A stretch of 64,000 bases of DNA, from positions 1-64,000 of the forward strand of contig CAWIIV010000008.1 in the NCBI GenBank assembly GCA_963836205.1, in the 5' to 3' direction. Within the stretch, counting starts at the first letter, position 1; every line of letters starts with the position of its first letter. Below, in pieces: positions 19,725 to 32,347 of this stretch. The DNA comes from an uncultured Acidimicrobiia bacterium. Its GTDB lineage: Bacteria > Actinomycetota > Acidimicrobiia > Acidimicrobiales > AC-14. The notes beneath the pieces were generated by a model. The model worked only from the letters and a program-made list of their open reading frames with translations, had not been told where the DNA came from and did no database searches. The translations under genes and the position numbers were made by a program.

Positions 19725-21413
19725 CTAAGAATTTCTGTCTGAACCACTCGTCGAGGGTTGGCCGGTCGGGGGCCCCCCAGTCGGTGTGGCAGGGGCCTGG
19801 CGGCGGACCTCGGCCCGGGCTTCGGCCCGACGTTCGGCATCGAGTCGTTCCAGGTCGGAGGCACCGTGGTCGACGAAATGCATCATCGCGGCCACCATCC
19901 GGTGACCCGCTTCCTCGGCGATGAGGCGGTGCATCTCCTGGCACACCCGGCGGTACTCCCGATGGCCGGCGGGGGCCGTACGGAGCTCGATCATGTGCAT
20001 CGCCTCCCGGGCGTTCATCTCGATCGAGTAACGCACCCGGAAGGCGAGGGCGACGGCGTAGGGCGCCTGGGCCGGGAAGGGCCCGGCGAGGACGTCGTGC
20101 AACGCCGCCGAGCGGGCCATGGCCTCCTCGAAGCGGTCGGCCAGCCCGGCATCGACCACGTCGGCGGGCAGGACGTAGCCGTGGGCGGGAGTCAGGGGCT
20201 GCCACTGGATGGTGAGCATCCGGTGGCGCTGGAGGTCGCGGAAGGCGCCGTAGTCGGACAGGACGTCGAAGCGGTAGCTGGTGGTCTCCAGGGCCCGCCC
20301 CGGCTTGTGGCGGCGGTTGCCGCGGTTGCCGACGTAGGCCGCCGCCAACGCCTCCCGCTCGGCGGCGGACAGCCCCCGCACCCGGGCCCGCACCTGGTCG
20401 TCGGGGAGGTCGGTGTAGGGGTAGAGCATGGCCGCCAGCAGCTTGTCCTCGGCCTGGGGGTCGTAGTCGACGAGGGTGACCTGGGGCCGGGGCTCGGGCT
20501 CCTCCCCCGCGAACAGCCGCCCCGCCACCTCAGCCGTGGCCCCCGCGGTGGCGGCCAGGTAGGCCGACCACTCGCCCCCCCGCTCGGGCCGATCCACCCG
20601 CGACAGGAACGACGGGATCACCTTGCGCAGCTCGGCCAGCATGAGCTCGGCGTAGGCCCGGGCCTCGGGCAGGGCCGACGCCCGCATGCGCAGGAGCAGC
20701 TGCTCGTAACCCTGGCCGGTGCCGTAGATGCCGACGTTCGACAGCGAGGCCGCCGGCAGCAGCCCCCGCAGGGCGTCGAACGCCTTGGCCCGGATCGATC
20801 GCCGCCAGACCGTCTCCGGATCGGTCGGGTCGCGGGGGAACTGCTCGCGGTACCAGGCCTCCATCCGGGGGACGAGGTCGGCGTAGGTGTCGAACAGCCG
20901 GTCGAGGTCGGCCACGTAGCGGGTGCCCAGTGGGGACGACAGCACGGCCGGGTCGCGGTGGTACCGGTAGCGGCCCCCCAGGCGGGTGTCGTAGGGGATG
21001 TAGCGGGTGGACTGCTCGAGGTAGGCCATGAGCCGGCCCCACTCGAGGACCTTGGTGAGCAGGTTGGACGCCTGCTCACAGGCCAGGTGGACCCCGCCCA
21101 GCTGGGCCACCGAGTCGTCGCCGTACTCGTAGAAGACCTTGCGGTAGAGGTCCTCGGCCCGCTTGAGGCCCATGGTGGCGTCGACCGAGATGTCGCCGGA
21201 GGTGTCGAGGTCGCCGACGAACTCGTCGAGGAACAGCCGGCGCAGGCTCTTCATGGTCCGTGAATAGCGGGCGAAGAGGGCGCCCTTGACCACCTCGGGC
21301 AGGTTCACCAGGGCGAAGACGGGCCCGTCGAGATTGGTGAAGTACCGGCGGAGGACATCGGCCTCGGCGTCGGTCCACTGCTCGCTGACGTAGGGATGCG
21401 AGGGGTGCGCCAT
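19725..21413 (-). CDS. thyX: FAD-dependent thymidylate synthase (long, two-domain form)
   Basis: GALFARYSR, YGDDSV, EQSTRY, DALRGLLP, RDLQRHR, HMIELRT. Confidence 0.88.
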   Translation of the reverse strand: MAHPSHPYVSEQWTDAEADVLRRYFTNLDGPVFALVNLPEVVKGALFARYSRTMKSLRRLFLDEFVGDLDTSGDISVDATMGLKRAEDLYRKVFYEYGDDSVAQLGGVHLACEQASNLLTKVLEWGRLMAYLEQSTRYIPYDTRLGGRYRYHRDPAVLSSPLGTRYVADLDRLFDTYADLVPRMEAWYREQFPRDPTDPETVWRRSIRAKAFDALRGLLPAASLSNVGIYGTGQGYEQLLLRMRASALPEARAYAELMLAELRKVIPSFLSRVDRPERGGEWSAYLAATAGATAEVAGRLFAGEEPEPRPQVTLVDYDPQAEDKLLAAMLYPYTDLPDDQVRARVRGLSAAEREALAAAYVGNRGNRRHKPGRALETTSYRFDVLSDYGAFRDLQRHRMLTIQWQPLTPAHGYVLPADVVDAGLADRFEEAMARSAALHDVLAGPFPAQAPYAVALAFRVRYSIEMNAREAMHMIELRTAPAGHREYRRVCQEMHRLIAEEAGHRMVAAMMHFVDHGASDLERLDAERRAEARAEVRRQAPATPTGGPPTGQPSTSGSDRNS

Positions 21414-21426
21414 CGGAGTGCTGAGG

Positions 21427-22629
21427 TTAGGTGGCCGGATCGAACGCTTCGCGGACCTCCTGCATCGCCCCCGGTCGTAACCACAGCTCGACGACGGTCA
21501 TGGCCATGGCCTTGGCTGCGTCGAGCACTCCCCGGTCACCCTCGGGCGAGGCGGCCCAGGAGGCGAACTCGGCCGAGTGCAGGCCCACGTCGGAGGGCGA
21601 GATCTTGACGATGGGGTGGATGGTGGGCACCCGGTAGCTGACGTTGCCCATGTCGGTGCTCACCATCAGCCGGGTGGCAGGGCTGGGATCTGCCACCGGC
21701 CGGCCCAGTCGGGCGCTGTTGGCCGCGTACAGCAGCTCCAGGGGACGGTTGCTGCGCAGGTCGGTGTACTCCGGCCACGGCTGGCGCACCTCCATGGTGC
21801 AGCCGGCGGCCGCCGCCCCCCCGGCCAGGCAGGCCAGCACCCGCTCCTTGAGCCCGTGCAGGCTGGCGGCGGTGGCGGAGCGGACGAACCACTGCGCCAC
21901 GGTGTGGTCGGGGACGATGTTGGGCTTCTCCCCCGCCTTCAGGAACACGCCGTGGACCCGGTCGGTCGACGCCATGTGCTGGCGGAGGGCGGCGACGGCG
22001 TTGTAGCCGAGGACGGCGGCGTCGAGGGCGTTGCGGCCCTGTTCGGGGGCGGCGGCGGCGTGGGCCGACCGCCCGAAATACTCGATCTCGTAGGTGGCGA
22101 TGGCGATGACCTGGGGCTGGATGAGGTCGACCCCTGCGGGGTGGATGGCCAGCGCCGCGTCGACCCCGTCGAACGCCCCCCGGTCGCCGAGGACGACCTT
22201 GCCCCCGCCCCCCTCCTCGGCCGGGGTGCCGATCACGTCGAGACGGCCCCCGGCGGCGGCGACCACGGTGGCCGCGGCCAGGGCCGCCCCCAGGCCGGCG
22301 GCGGCGATGACGTTGTGGCCGCAGCCGTGGCCGATGCCGGGCAGGGCGTCGTACTCGCAGAGAACAGCGATGCGGGGGCCGGCGTCGGGCCCTCCGTCGT
22401 CGGACGGGTGGCCCACGAAGGCCGTCTCGAGCCCGTGGGCGCCCCGTTCGACCACGAAGCCCTCCCCCTCGAGGGTGGACGCCAGCAGGTCGGCCGCGAA
22501 CCGCTCCTCGAACAGCAGCTCGGGCCGCTGGTGGATGCGGTGGGAGATGTCGACGAGGAGCCCGGCCCGCTCGTCGACGGCCGCCACCACCTGCGCCCGG
22601 GCCGTGTCGAAGTCGAACCGCGGGGCCAT
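21427..22629 (-). CDS. M20 family amidohydrolase/peptidase
   Basis: CEYDALPGIGHGCGHN, GTPAEEGGGGK, STDMGNVS. Confidence 0.92.
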   Translation of the reverse strand: MAPRFDFDTARAQVVAAVDERAGLLVDISHRIHQRPELLFEERFAADLLASTLEGEGFVVERGAHGLETAFVGHPSDDGGPDAGPRIAVLCEYDALPGIGHGCGHNVIAAAGLGAALAAATVVAAAGGRLDVIGTPAEEGGGGKVVLGDRGAFDGVDAALAIHPAGVDLIQPQVIAIATYEIEYFGRSAHAAAAPEQGRNALDAAVLGYNAVAALRQHMASTDRVHGVFLKAGEKPNIVPDHTVAQWFVRSATAASLHGLKERVLACLAGGAAAAGCTMEVRQPWPEYTDLRSNRPLELLYAANSARLGRPVADPSPATRLMVSTDMGNVSYRVPTIHPIVKISPSDVGLHSAEFASWAASPEGDRGVLDAAKAMAMTVVELWLRPGAMQEVREAFDPAT

Positions 22630-22807
22630 GGCCTCCGAGGTTAGGGGTCCGGACGGCCGATTGACTCTTCTTCCGCCGCCAATGCCGACCTTCCCGCCGT
22701 CCACGACCGATTGCCGCCCGGCCGGGAGCACCACGAGTGGGGATCATCGCCGAAGTCGAGCGCTGTCAGGGGGTCGGATGCCGACGGGCCCGGGGACCGG
22801 CGGGGTG

Positions 22808-23115
22808 TTACTCGGTGCCGCCATGGCCGGTACCGGCCGGGGATGATCCAGCGCGCCGAGAGCCCTGTGGCGGCGGCGATGGCGTCGAAGTCGTGGTCGT
22901 AGTGAAGGCGGTGGCATCGTGCACGAGCGCAGTGGCTGCGACCAGTAGATCCGGGATCGGGCGCCTGTGTGCCCGACCGATGCCTATCGCCGCTGGATGT
23001 CGAGGGCGCGGCCCGCCACGGCCTCCGTGAGCGGCAGCCACGGCAGCGCCCTGAGGTCGTCCCATCGAACTTCGTAGTCGGCGACGTTGCGGGCGGAGTA
23101 CAGCAGCTCCAGGGG
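22808..23115 (-). pseudogene. Degraded VapC/PIN toxin remnant
   Basis: Fragments in different frames: LELLYSARNVADY, RALDIQRR*, RRPIPDLLVAATA, HYDHDFDAIAAATG; N-terminus and antitoxin are missing. Confidence 0.75.
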
Positions 23116-23203
23116 CCGACCGGGGTAGGCGCCGGCGGCGAAGCCGCCGCCGGCGGGCAGGCGCCGAAGGCGCCGACCCACCCGTCGGAACAGCGAACCG
23201 GCC

Positions 23204-23226
23204 GTCGGGGGGCGGAGCCCCCCGAC
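23204..23226 (-). terminator. GC-rich hairpin after csbD
   Basis: GTCGGGGGGC-GGA-GCCCCCCGAC, 5 nt past the stop codon. Confidence 0.6.
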
Positions 23227-23231
23227 TGTTG

Positions 23232-23387
23232 TCAGCCCTTGAGCTTGTCGGCGATGTCGTCGATGAAGCCCTTGATCTTGCCCTTGCCCTGGTCGATCTT
23301 GCCCTCGGCCTGCAGTTCTTCGTTGTCAGTGAGGTCGCCGGCGGCTTCTTTGATCTTGCCCTTGGCGATGTCGATCTTGTCGTCCAT
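23232..23387 (-). CDS. csbD: CsbD family stress protein
   Basis: MDDKIDIAKGKIKEAAGDLTDNEELQAEGKIDQGKGKIK; AAGGA RBS; too short for the ORF track. Confidence 0.9.
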   Translation of the reverse strand: MDDKIDIAKGKIKEAAGDLTDNEELQAEGKIDQGKGKIKGFIDDIADKLKG

Positions 23388-23502
23388 GTGATGTTCCTTT
23401 CGTCGCTTCGCTCTTCCCAGTTCGTACCCGCTCGTCCAGCCCCTACCCTTGTTTCACGCCCGAGGGCGTGGGGAAAGGACGCCGGGGGTTCGAGGAGGGG
23501 CC

Positions 23503-25800
23503 GTGGCAGTGCTCGACACGTGGAGATTGCGCGGGGACGACGCGCCCTATCGGGGTTACCCCATGCCCGGCGGCGGGAGCTCGCTCACCCTGGCCCGGAC
23601 GACTGTCAGCCTCATCGTGGGCAGCCTCATCGCTCCCGTCGTGGTCGTGGCCCTGCTCGCCCTGGCCCTGCTCGACCTTCCCCTCTCCGGTGACCTGCCC
23701 GAGGAGCTGCCCGGACTCGAGTCCCGCATCACCCGGGTCTACGACGGCACCGGCGCCGAGATGGCCGTCTTCCGCCGCTTCGACACCGCCCTGCCGGTGG
23801 AGCCGGAGGACATCCCCCAGGTGCTCAAGGACGCGGTCGTGGCGGCCGAGGACAGGCGCTTCTACCAGCACCAGGGCGTCGACGCCCGGGGCCTGATCCG
23901 CGCCCTGCGGGCCGACGCCGGCGCCGGCGAGTACCAGCAGGGGGCGTCCACCATCACCCAGCAGCTCGTCCGGCTGGCCTACACCGACGACCGCAGCCCC
24001 ACCATCAGGCGCAAGCTCAAGGAGGCGGTCCTGGCCCGGGAGATCGAGAGCCAGTTCACCAAGGACGAGATCCTCTTCAAGTACCTGTCCCGCATCTACC
24101 TGGGTGGCGGCAACTACGGCGTGGGCGCGGCGGCCGAGTCGTACTTCCGCAAGTCGGTCAGCGATCTCGACCTCTCCGAGGCCGCGCTCCTGGCCGGCCT
24201 CATCCCCGCCCCCAGCGTCCTCGATCCCCTCACCAACCCGACGGGGGCCGAGAGCCAGCGGCGGGGCGTCCTCCAGGTCATGGAGGACGAGGGCATGATC
24301 AGCGCCCAGGAGCGTGACGATGCCCTCGACCGACCCCTCACCCTCATCCAGGAGGGCGAGCAGGTCGACAACCTCACGGCCACCGTCGTCCACCCACCGG
24401 CGCCGGCCCTGATGAAGTACCCGTACTTCACCGACTACGTCCGCCGCTACCTCATCGCCCGCTTCGGCGAGGAGACGGTCTACACCGGCGGCCTGCGGGT
24501 GGAGACGTCGCTCGACCCCCGCCTCCAGGGGCTGGCCGAGGCGTCGGTGACCAAGACCCTCCAGGGCACGCCCGCGGGCGTGGAGATGGCCATGGTGTCG
24601 ATCGACCCTCGCACCGGACTGGTGCGCGCGGTGGTCGGCGGGCGCGACTTCGGCAAGTCCAACGTCAACCTCGCCCTCGGCGACTGCTCCGCGGTCCCGC
24701 CGGTCGAGGTCACGCCCAACGAGCAGGTTCCCCTGTGCATCGACGGGGGCGGCGCCGGCCGCCAGCCCGGCTCGGCCTTCAAGCCCGTCACCCTGGCCGC
24801 CGCCCTCGACGCCGGCCGCAAGTCCACCGACGTCTACCGGGGCCCGGGCGAGTACACCTACCCCAACTGCCGGGGCGAGGGCTGCACCGTACGCAACACC
24901 GAGAGCGGCAGCTACGGGTCGCTCAGCCTGGCCCAGGCCACCGCCTACTCCGTCAACACCGTCTTCGCCCAGCTCATCCTCGACGTCGGGGTCAAGGAGA
25001 CGGCCCAGATGGCCAACAAGCTCGGTCTCACCATGATCGACGCCGAGGGGAACCTGCCCTCGGGCGAGCCCTACGGCCCCAGCCTCACCCTGGGGGCGGC
25101 CGAGGTCTCCCCCCTCGACATGGCGGCCGCCTTCGGCGTGTTCTCGGCCCGGGGCCAGCAGTTCCCGGCCTCCCCGGTGGTGAAGGTCACCGGTCCCGAC
25201 GGCAAGCTGCTGGAGGACAACACCAACCGACGACCGAAGCGGGTGCTGGCCCAGGCCGTCGCCGACGAGATGAACTCGGTGCTCACCGGCGGCATCGAGT
25301 TCGGCACCGGCGTCGGGGCCCAGATCGCCCGCCCGGGGGGGACGGCGGGCAAGACCGGCACCAGCGAGGGCTTCGGCGACGCCTGGTTCGTGGGCTACAC
25401 CCCCGAGCTGTCGACGTCGGTGTGGATGGGCTACGCCGACTCCCGCAAGGCGCTGGAGAACATCAAGGGCGTGGCCAAGGTCTTCGGCGGCACCCTCCCC
25501 GCGGCCACGTGGAAGGACTACATGAGCCAGGCCCTGGCCGGCGTGCCGCTCAGCAAGTTCCCCCTCCCGCCCCGGGCCATCCGGCCGGCGCCGGCGACGG
25601 CGAGCACCCCGTCACCCGCTCCGGTGGCGCCCACCGATCCCAACGCCCCCGCCACCACCGTCGGGCCCTCCCCCTCCCCCACCGGCACCGTGCCCTACGT
25701 CCCGTTCGTGCCTGCTCCCGACACCACCGTTCCCACGGTGCCCCCGGGCGGATTCGTGCCGCCGCCGCTCGTTCCCGGTCCCGCGGGAGGCAACCCGTGA
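23503..25800 (+). CDS. Class A penicillin-binding protein (transglycosylase/transpeptidase)
   Basis: EDRRFYQHQGVD, GASTITQQL, SAFK (SxxK), SVN, KTG; Pro-rich tail; GGAGG RBS before GTG 23503. Confidence 0.93.
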   Translation: MAVLDTWRLRGDDAPYRGYPMPGGGSSLTLARTTVSLIVGSLIAPVVVVALLALALLDLPLSGDLPEELPGLESRITRVYDGTGAEMAVFRRFDTALPVEPEDIPQVLKDAVVAAEDRRFYQHQGVDARGLIRALRADAGAGEYQQGASTITQQLVRLAYTDDRSPTIRRKLKEAVLAREIESQFTKDEILFKYLSRIYLGGGNYGVGAAAESYFRKSVSDLDLSEAALLAGLIPAPSVLDPLTNPTGAESQRRGVLQVMEDEGMISAQERDDALDRPLTLIQEGEQVDNLTATVVHPPAPALMKYPYFTDYVRRYLIARFGEETVYTGGLRVETSLDPRLQGLAEASVTKTLQGTPAGVEMAMVSIDPRTGLVRAVVGGRDFGKSNVNLALGDCSAVPPVEVTPNEQVPLCIDGGGAGRQPGSAFKPVTLAAALDAGRKSTDVYRGPGEYTYPNCRGEGCTVRNTESGSYGSLSLAQATAYSVNTVFAQLILDVGVKETAQMANKLGLTMIDAEGNLPSGEPYGPSLTLGAAEVSPLDMAAAFGVFSARGQQFPASPVVKVTGPDGKLLEDNTNRRPKRVLAQAVADEMNSVLTGGIEFGTGVGAQIARPGGTAGKTGTSEGFGDAWFVGYTPELSTSVWMGYADSRKALENIKGVAKVFGGTLPAATWKDYMSQALAGVPLSKFPLPPRAIRPAPATASTPSPAPVAPTDPNAPATTVGPSPSPTGTVPYVPFVPAPDTTVPTVPPGGFVPPPLVPGPAGGNP

Positions 25801-26081
25801 TCCTCGTCCTGGTCATCGTCATCCCCTGCTGCCTGGTGGGACTGCTCGTGTACGCGGCCATGTCCCGCTGGGAGCTGACGTCCGAGCCGTCGCCCTATCG
25901 CGCCTCCGGCGCCCGCAACCTGCCCCGGCTGACCCTGCGGGAGACGGTGCTCGACTGGCCCGTCCCCCAGTTCCAGCGCCTCCAGCCGAGCCTGCTGATC
26001 GGGATCAGCGTCGTTCTCGCCTTGTGGATCGTGGCGTGGATCGTGCTGTTCTTCGTCGGCCTGAGCATGCTCCACGCGTGA
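25797..26081 (+). CDS. Small two-TM membrane protein
   Basis: GTGA overlap with the PBP stop; two hydrophobic segments. Confidence 0.7.
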   Translation: MILVLVIVIPCCLVGLLVYAAMSRWELTSEPSPYRASGARNLPRLTLRETVLDWPVPQFQRLQPSLLIGISVVLALWIVAWIVLFFVGLSMLHA

Positions 26082-26141
26082 GGATGGCGGCGGCGAACGT
26101 CTGTTCGTGTAACGGCGGAGGGGCGTAAACTCGGTCGTGCG

Positions 26142-28292
<2,151 letters not shown>

Positions 28293-28369
28293 TAGCGGCG
28301 CAATGAACAACCTTTAAGGTCGATGCGCGGGCTGACCCGACGAAGCAACCGGTGGCGGCCGTCGGCGGA

Positions 28370-28525
28370 CGGTTCGTGTTCCTCCTCACCGTGCCATTCG
28401 CCGAGCGCTTCCAGCTCCCAGCGCGCACCACCGGCTGTTGTTCCGCGAGCGGGACAAGGAGAACCTGGTCATCGTGGCCAACCGGCTCTCGGTGGCGGGA
28501 CTGGCGTCGCTGGCGTTGTCGATGT
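28370..28525 (+). pseudogene. DUF6328-like membrane protein remnant
   Basis: FVFLLTVPFAERF joined by an internal deletion to HHRLLFRERDKENLVIVANRLSVAGLASLALSM. Confidence 0.6.
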
Positions 28526-28720
28526 GCCTCGATCTCCCGCCGGGCGTTCTCCAACCGCTCGACGCCTCTCGCCAGCACCGCCACCGCCGCGCCCTGCCGG
28601 GCGAAGGCCTGCGCCGCCCGCCCACCCCACCCCCGCCGACCCCCCGTTGACGACCACCACCGGCCCTGCACCCGTCGAGCCGTTGCTGCTGTGTCCGTTG
28701 CTGCTCGATCGGCCCCTCAT
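28525..28720 (-). pseudogene. Truncated SDR oxidoreductase (N-terminus only)
   Basis: VVVVNGGSAGVG, frameshift, then RAAQAFARQGAAVAVLARGVERLENARREIE; starts at the GH15 stop. Confidence 0.7.
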
Positions 28721-30552
28721 CGGTCCTGCCCTCGTCGGTCGGTGCGGCCGGCGTGGCGCAGCCGCAGGTAGCGGCCGATGCGCCACGCCCAGAGGCCGGC
28801 GGCACCGAACCGGTCCCGGAGGGTGGCGGCGTCCAGCACGTACATGGCCCGGGCCGCCTCGGCGTGCGACCACACCAGGGGCGCGTTGCCGAGGCTCTCG
28901 CCGCTGACGGGATCGACCTCCTCGGGGAGCAGACGGGGCAGGGCGGCGCAGAGGTCGTCGGCCCGACGGCGAGCCTCGTCGACCCGGCCGACGGCGGCGA
29001 GGGCGTCGACCGCCCACCAGCACACGGGCAGGAAGGCACCCTCCCGACCATGGAAACCGTCGTCGCCACCCGGCGGGTAGCGGTACAGGAAGGGACCGGC
29101 GTCGAGCCGCGCCAGGGTGGCCGCCACCAGCCGACCGGCCCGGGGGTCGGGAGGGCGGAGCATCCCGAAGACCACGGCCATGAGCGCGGAGGCGTCGGGC
29201 GTCGTCCCGCCGTACACCTGGGGCAGGCCGCCGTCGGGCAGCACCGCCGCGAGCACACGTTCGCGGATCTCGTCCCGCGCCCGCTTCCATGCTCCCCGGC
29301 GGGCGGTCGGCCGCCAACCCCGGGCGATCCAGATGGCCCGGTCGAGGGCCAGCCACCGCCCGATGTCGGCGCTGACGAGGTCTCGCGCCTCTCGCAACTC
29401 CCAGATCCCGCTCGTGGGACCAGAATCCGCGCCCTCAGCCCGGTCGGCGACAGCCTTGACCAGCCGCCAGGTGTCGGCGTCGAGCGACCCGCCCGTCTGC
29501 AGATGGACGGAGATGCCCTCGAGCACGAGTCCGAGGGCGTCGTGCTGCACCTGTCCGGCGGCGTCGTTGCCCACCCGCACCGGCAGTGATTCCCCCCAGC
29601 CGGCGACCCCGTCGACCTCGCGCTCGGGAGGGACGGGTCCGCCCCGGACATCGGTGACTGGGTTGGGAGGCGGCACACCGTCGGGGGCAAGCCGGCGTAA
29701 GAAGGCCAAGTATCCCTCGGCTGCGTCCCGGCGGCCCAGAAGGGCTGCCACCGACACGGCAAGGGAAGCGTCGCGCAGCCATGTGTATCGGTAGTCGAAC
29801 TGGCGGTCGGCGCCGGGCGCCTCTGGCAGTGACGTGGTCGGGGCGGCCACGACGGCCCCCGTCGGCCGGTAGGTGCAGGCCTCGAGCACGGCCAGCGCGT
29901 CGTCCGCCCGGTCGGGGTGGTGCCGTGGGAGGCGGGCCCCTCCCCGCCGCCGGCCAGCATCGACTTCGAGGTCGTCGAGGCGAGCCGACAAGACCTCGGC
30001 GTCGGCCACCACGAGCGTGTCGACGCCGAGGACCAGGGCTGTCCACCGGTCCGGAACGGCCACCAGCCTCGTGTGCAGGACTCGCCCCTCCACCGTGGAC
30101 CGGCCGCCGTCGACGACGACCTCAACCCCTCGGTCCAGCCGGCAGCGTTCCGCCGCCCACGTTCCCCACGGCCCGTCGAAACCCCCCGCCGTCAGCTCGT
30201 GGCTCAGCTCCACAGGCATGCGGTCGCTGCGCACCAGCCGGACGAGGGCCACCCCGTCGCAGTCGGCCACCAGGGCGTCCCGGCACTCGAGGCGGGTCCC
30301 GCCGCGGCGCAGGACAGTGCGAGCCACGGACGGAGCGGGATCGTCCGACCACCAAGCCGGGTCGACGTCGACCCACCGTGCCGCCGCCCCCTGGGCGTCG
30401 AGGAGAGACCACAGCACCGGGGTCGAATCCATGTCCGGCGCGCACCACCAATCGATCTCGCCGTCGGGCCGGACGAGGGCGGTCGAGCGGCCGTCGCTCA
30501 GGAGACGGTGGGCGCTGATGGGTGGGCGGTGGAGGCAACTGGGCGGGGCCAT
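28717..30552 (-). CDS. Glycoside hydrolase family 15 (glucoamylase/trehalase-like)
   Basis: AAPTTSLPEAPGADRQFDYRYTWLRDAS, GIWELR, EGAFLPVCWW, GNAPLVWSH. Confidence 0.92.
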   Translation of the reverse strand: MAPPSCLHRPPISAHRLLSDGRSTALVRPDGEIDWWCAPDMDSTPVLWSLLDAQGAAARWVDVDPAWWSDDPAPSVARTVLRRGGTRLECRDALVADCDGVALVRLVRSDRMPVELSHELTAGGFDGPWGTWAAERCRLDRGVEVVVDGGRSTVEGRVLHTRLVAVPDRWTALVLGVDTLVVADAEVLSARLDDLEVDAGRRRGGARLPRHHPDRADDALAVLEACTYRPTGAVVAAPTTSLPEAPGADRQFDYRYTWLRDASLAVSVAALLGRRDAAEGYLAFLRRLAPDGVPPPNPVTDVRGGPVPPEREVDGVAGWGESLPVRVGNDAAGQVQHDALGLVLEGISVHLQTGGSLDADTWRLVKAVADRAEGADSGPTSGIWELREARDLVSADIGRWLALDRAIWIARGWRPTARRGAWKRARDEIRERVLAAVLPDGGLPQVYGGTTPDASALMAVVFGMLRPPDPRAGRLVAATLARLDAGPFLYRYPPGGDDGFHGREGAFLPVCWWAVDALAAVGRVDEARRRADDLCAALPRLLPEEVDPVSGESLGNAPLVWSHAEAARAMYVLDAATLRDRFGAAGLWAWRIGRYLRLRHAGRTDRRGQDR

Positions 30553-30574
30553 GGGCAGGCGCGGCGCCTGCCCA

Positions 30575-31126
30575 TCAGGCACGGCGACCGAGGAGATGGC
30601 GAATTGCGGACCGGGCCTCCGGCACCACCTGGGGCACCATGGCCAGGCTGAGGGCGCTGGCGGCAAGGCACCACGAGCAGAACTTGCGGTGCTTGGACGC
30701 CTGCTCGGCCGTGAGGAAGATGGCCCCGGCGGCATCGAAGCCCACCTTGGCCGCCAGGGCCAGAGGGATCCACGGCTGCTCCTCGGCCCGGCGGGCCGTT
30801 CCCATGCCGGCCAGGAGCACTGTGGTGGCGTAGCTGATGAGTCCGAGGGCCCCGTCGGGTGCCTTCAGGTACTGATAGGCCTCGCCGGACGCGTCCACGC
30901 CGTCGGCGTCGAAGACCTTCAACGGGGGCTCGGGCAGGTGACCGAACAGGCCCATCTGGTAGGCCGTGACCACACCCAACGACCCCATGGCCGACAGTCC
31001 CAGGGCGCCGACCCGCCGGCGTCGCAGGAGCTCGCCGCCATCCCCTCTCCGCAGGTCTCGACTCACCCGATCTGCTGCCGGACTGGACGATCGGCCGATA
31101 CCGGCATGCTCGGACTGTTGGGCCAT
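30575..31126 (-). CDS. Vitamin K epoxide reductase (VKOR)-like membrane protein
   Basis: YQMGLFGHLPEPP, VDASGEAY, PDGALG, C-terminal CSWC (CxxC). Confidence 0.78.
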   Translation of the reverse strand: MAQQSEHAGIGRSSSPAADRVSRDLRRGDGGELLRRRRVGALGLSAMGSLGVVTAYQMGLFGHLPEPPLKVFDADGVDASGEAYQYLKAPDGALGLISYATTVLLAGMGTARRAEEQPWIPLALAAKVGFDAAGAIFLTAEQASKHRKFCSWCLAASALSLAMVPQVVPEARSAIRHLLGRRA

Positions 31127-31541
31127 GGACGGAGACTTCCCGTTCGGGCGCCCCGACAATCCCGGTCCGTCGGTCACCTGCAACTTCGTCCGCGCCCTGT
31201 GACACCGTCGGCCCTCCCACCGACCACTTGCACCCGTGGGCGCCCGTCATGGTCTCGCGGGCCGTAGTGGCCGGTAGCCGCCGACGAGCTGGGCCAGCTC
31301 CCGGTCCACCCGGAGATGAAAGGCGACGCGCTGAACTGCCTGCGCTGGCGCAGATGCGATGTCGTCGAGCCCGAAGCCCAGCCCTTGACAGCGGGAACCC
31401 CTCGCAGACGCTCAGCTCCGCTTCTGAGATGACCTGCGCCGCCACGCGCCCCCACCTCCACCGGCCGAGGGACGATCAGAACCTTCCCACATCCCGCCTC
31501 CGACCCAGCGCCCGGCCTAGGTGTTGTCTAATCCGCGACTG

Positions 31542-31748
31542 CTACCGGGCCCCCAGACCGCGGCGGAGGCGGTCGAGGAAGGGCGCGGCCAGGCCCAGGG
31601 CGAGGCCGATGATCGCCAGCGTCACCGGCAGCACGACGAACATGCCGCTGTCGGACGCGATCGCCTTGAGCAGGAACAGGTCGAAGGCGAGGAACAGGCC
31701 CAGGAAGAAACCGCTGAAGACCCCGAGGAAGGGGCGTGCACCTCTCAT
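31542..31748 (-). CDS. Small two-TM hypothetical protein
   Basis: Hydrophobic 68-aa ORF, 10 nt downstream of the previous gene. Confidence 0.7.
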   Translation of the reverse strand: MRGARPFLGVFSGFFLGLFLAFDLFLLKAIASDSGMFVVLPVTLAIIGLALGLAAPFLDRLRRGLGAR

Positions 31749-31758
31749 CGGGACGCCC

Positions 31759-32325
31759 TCACCGGTCGTAGCCTCCGCTCGAGTAGGGCCGCTTCGGGCG
31801 GGTGGCCGACACCAGGCCAGCGGCGGCGGCGGCGGTGCCGGCCAGGCCGGCCACCCCGGCGGCGGCGGTGCTGGCGGCCGAGCCCTCCACCTCCACGATC
31901 AGCTCGCCCTCGCACTGGCCCTCGGTGCCCCGGTGCGAGCCGGTGAGCTTCCACTTGACCGACGGGAAACCCTTGACGATGGCGGGCAGGTCCTTCACCC
32001 CGTCCTGGGTGCCCTTGTTCTGGTCGTTGCCCGTCGGGCCCCACGTGCCGAGATTGATCGACAGGGGCCCCAGCTCGAGGTCGATGGTGCCCTCGTGGTC
32101 GTGGGTGACCTTGTTGATCTCCCCGTGCCACAGGGCGCTATCGCCCCGGGGGACCTTCACCGACGAGGCCGCCGCGTCGACGACGACTGCGGTGCCGTCG
32201 TCGTCGGTGACCGTGGCCGTGCCCGAGCAACCGATGGTGTCCCGGGTGATCTCCGCGCCCGCCGGCGCGGCCACCACGAGCACCGCGATGGCCGAGAGCA
32301 CCCCCACCCCCAGGATCCGCTTCAT
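31759..32325 (-). CDS. Secreted/membrane-anchored hypothetical protein
   Basis: Signal peptide, Cys pair, C-terminal hydrophobic anchor; GGAGGAG RBS. Confidence 0.75.
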   Translation of the reverse strand: MKRILGVGVLSAIAVLVVAAPAGAEITRDTIGCSGTATVTDDDGTAVVVDAAASSVKVPRGDSALWHGEINKVTHDHEGTIDLELGPLSINLGTWGPTGNDQNKGTQDGVKDLPAIVKGFPSVKWKLTGSHRGTEGQCEGELIVEVEGSAASTAAAGVAGLAGTAAAAAGLVSATRPKRPYSSGGYDR

Positions 32326-32347
32326 GTCTCCTCCCCTGCGGAGAAGG

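Noticed and set aside
22808-23115. Functional VapBC toxin-antitoxin module
   Set aside because: In-frame stop, multiple frameshifts, and no N-terminus or antitoxin; a true pseudogene
31200-31540. Possible gene in the gap between VKOR and the small membrane gene
   Set aside because: No ORF with convincing codon bias or motif
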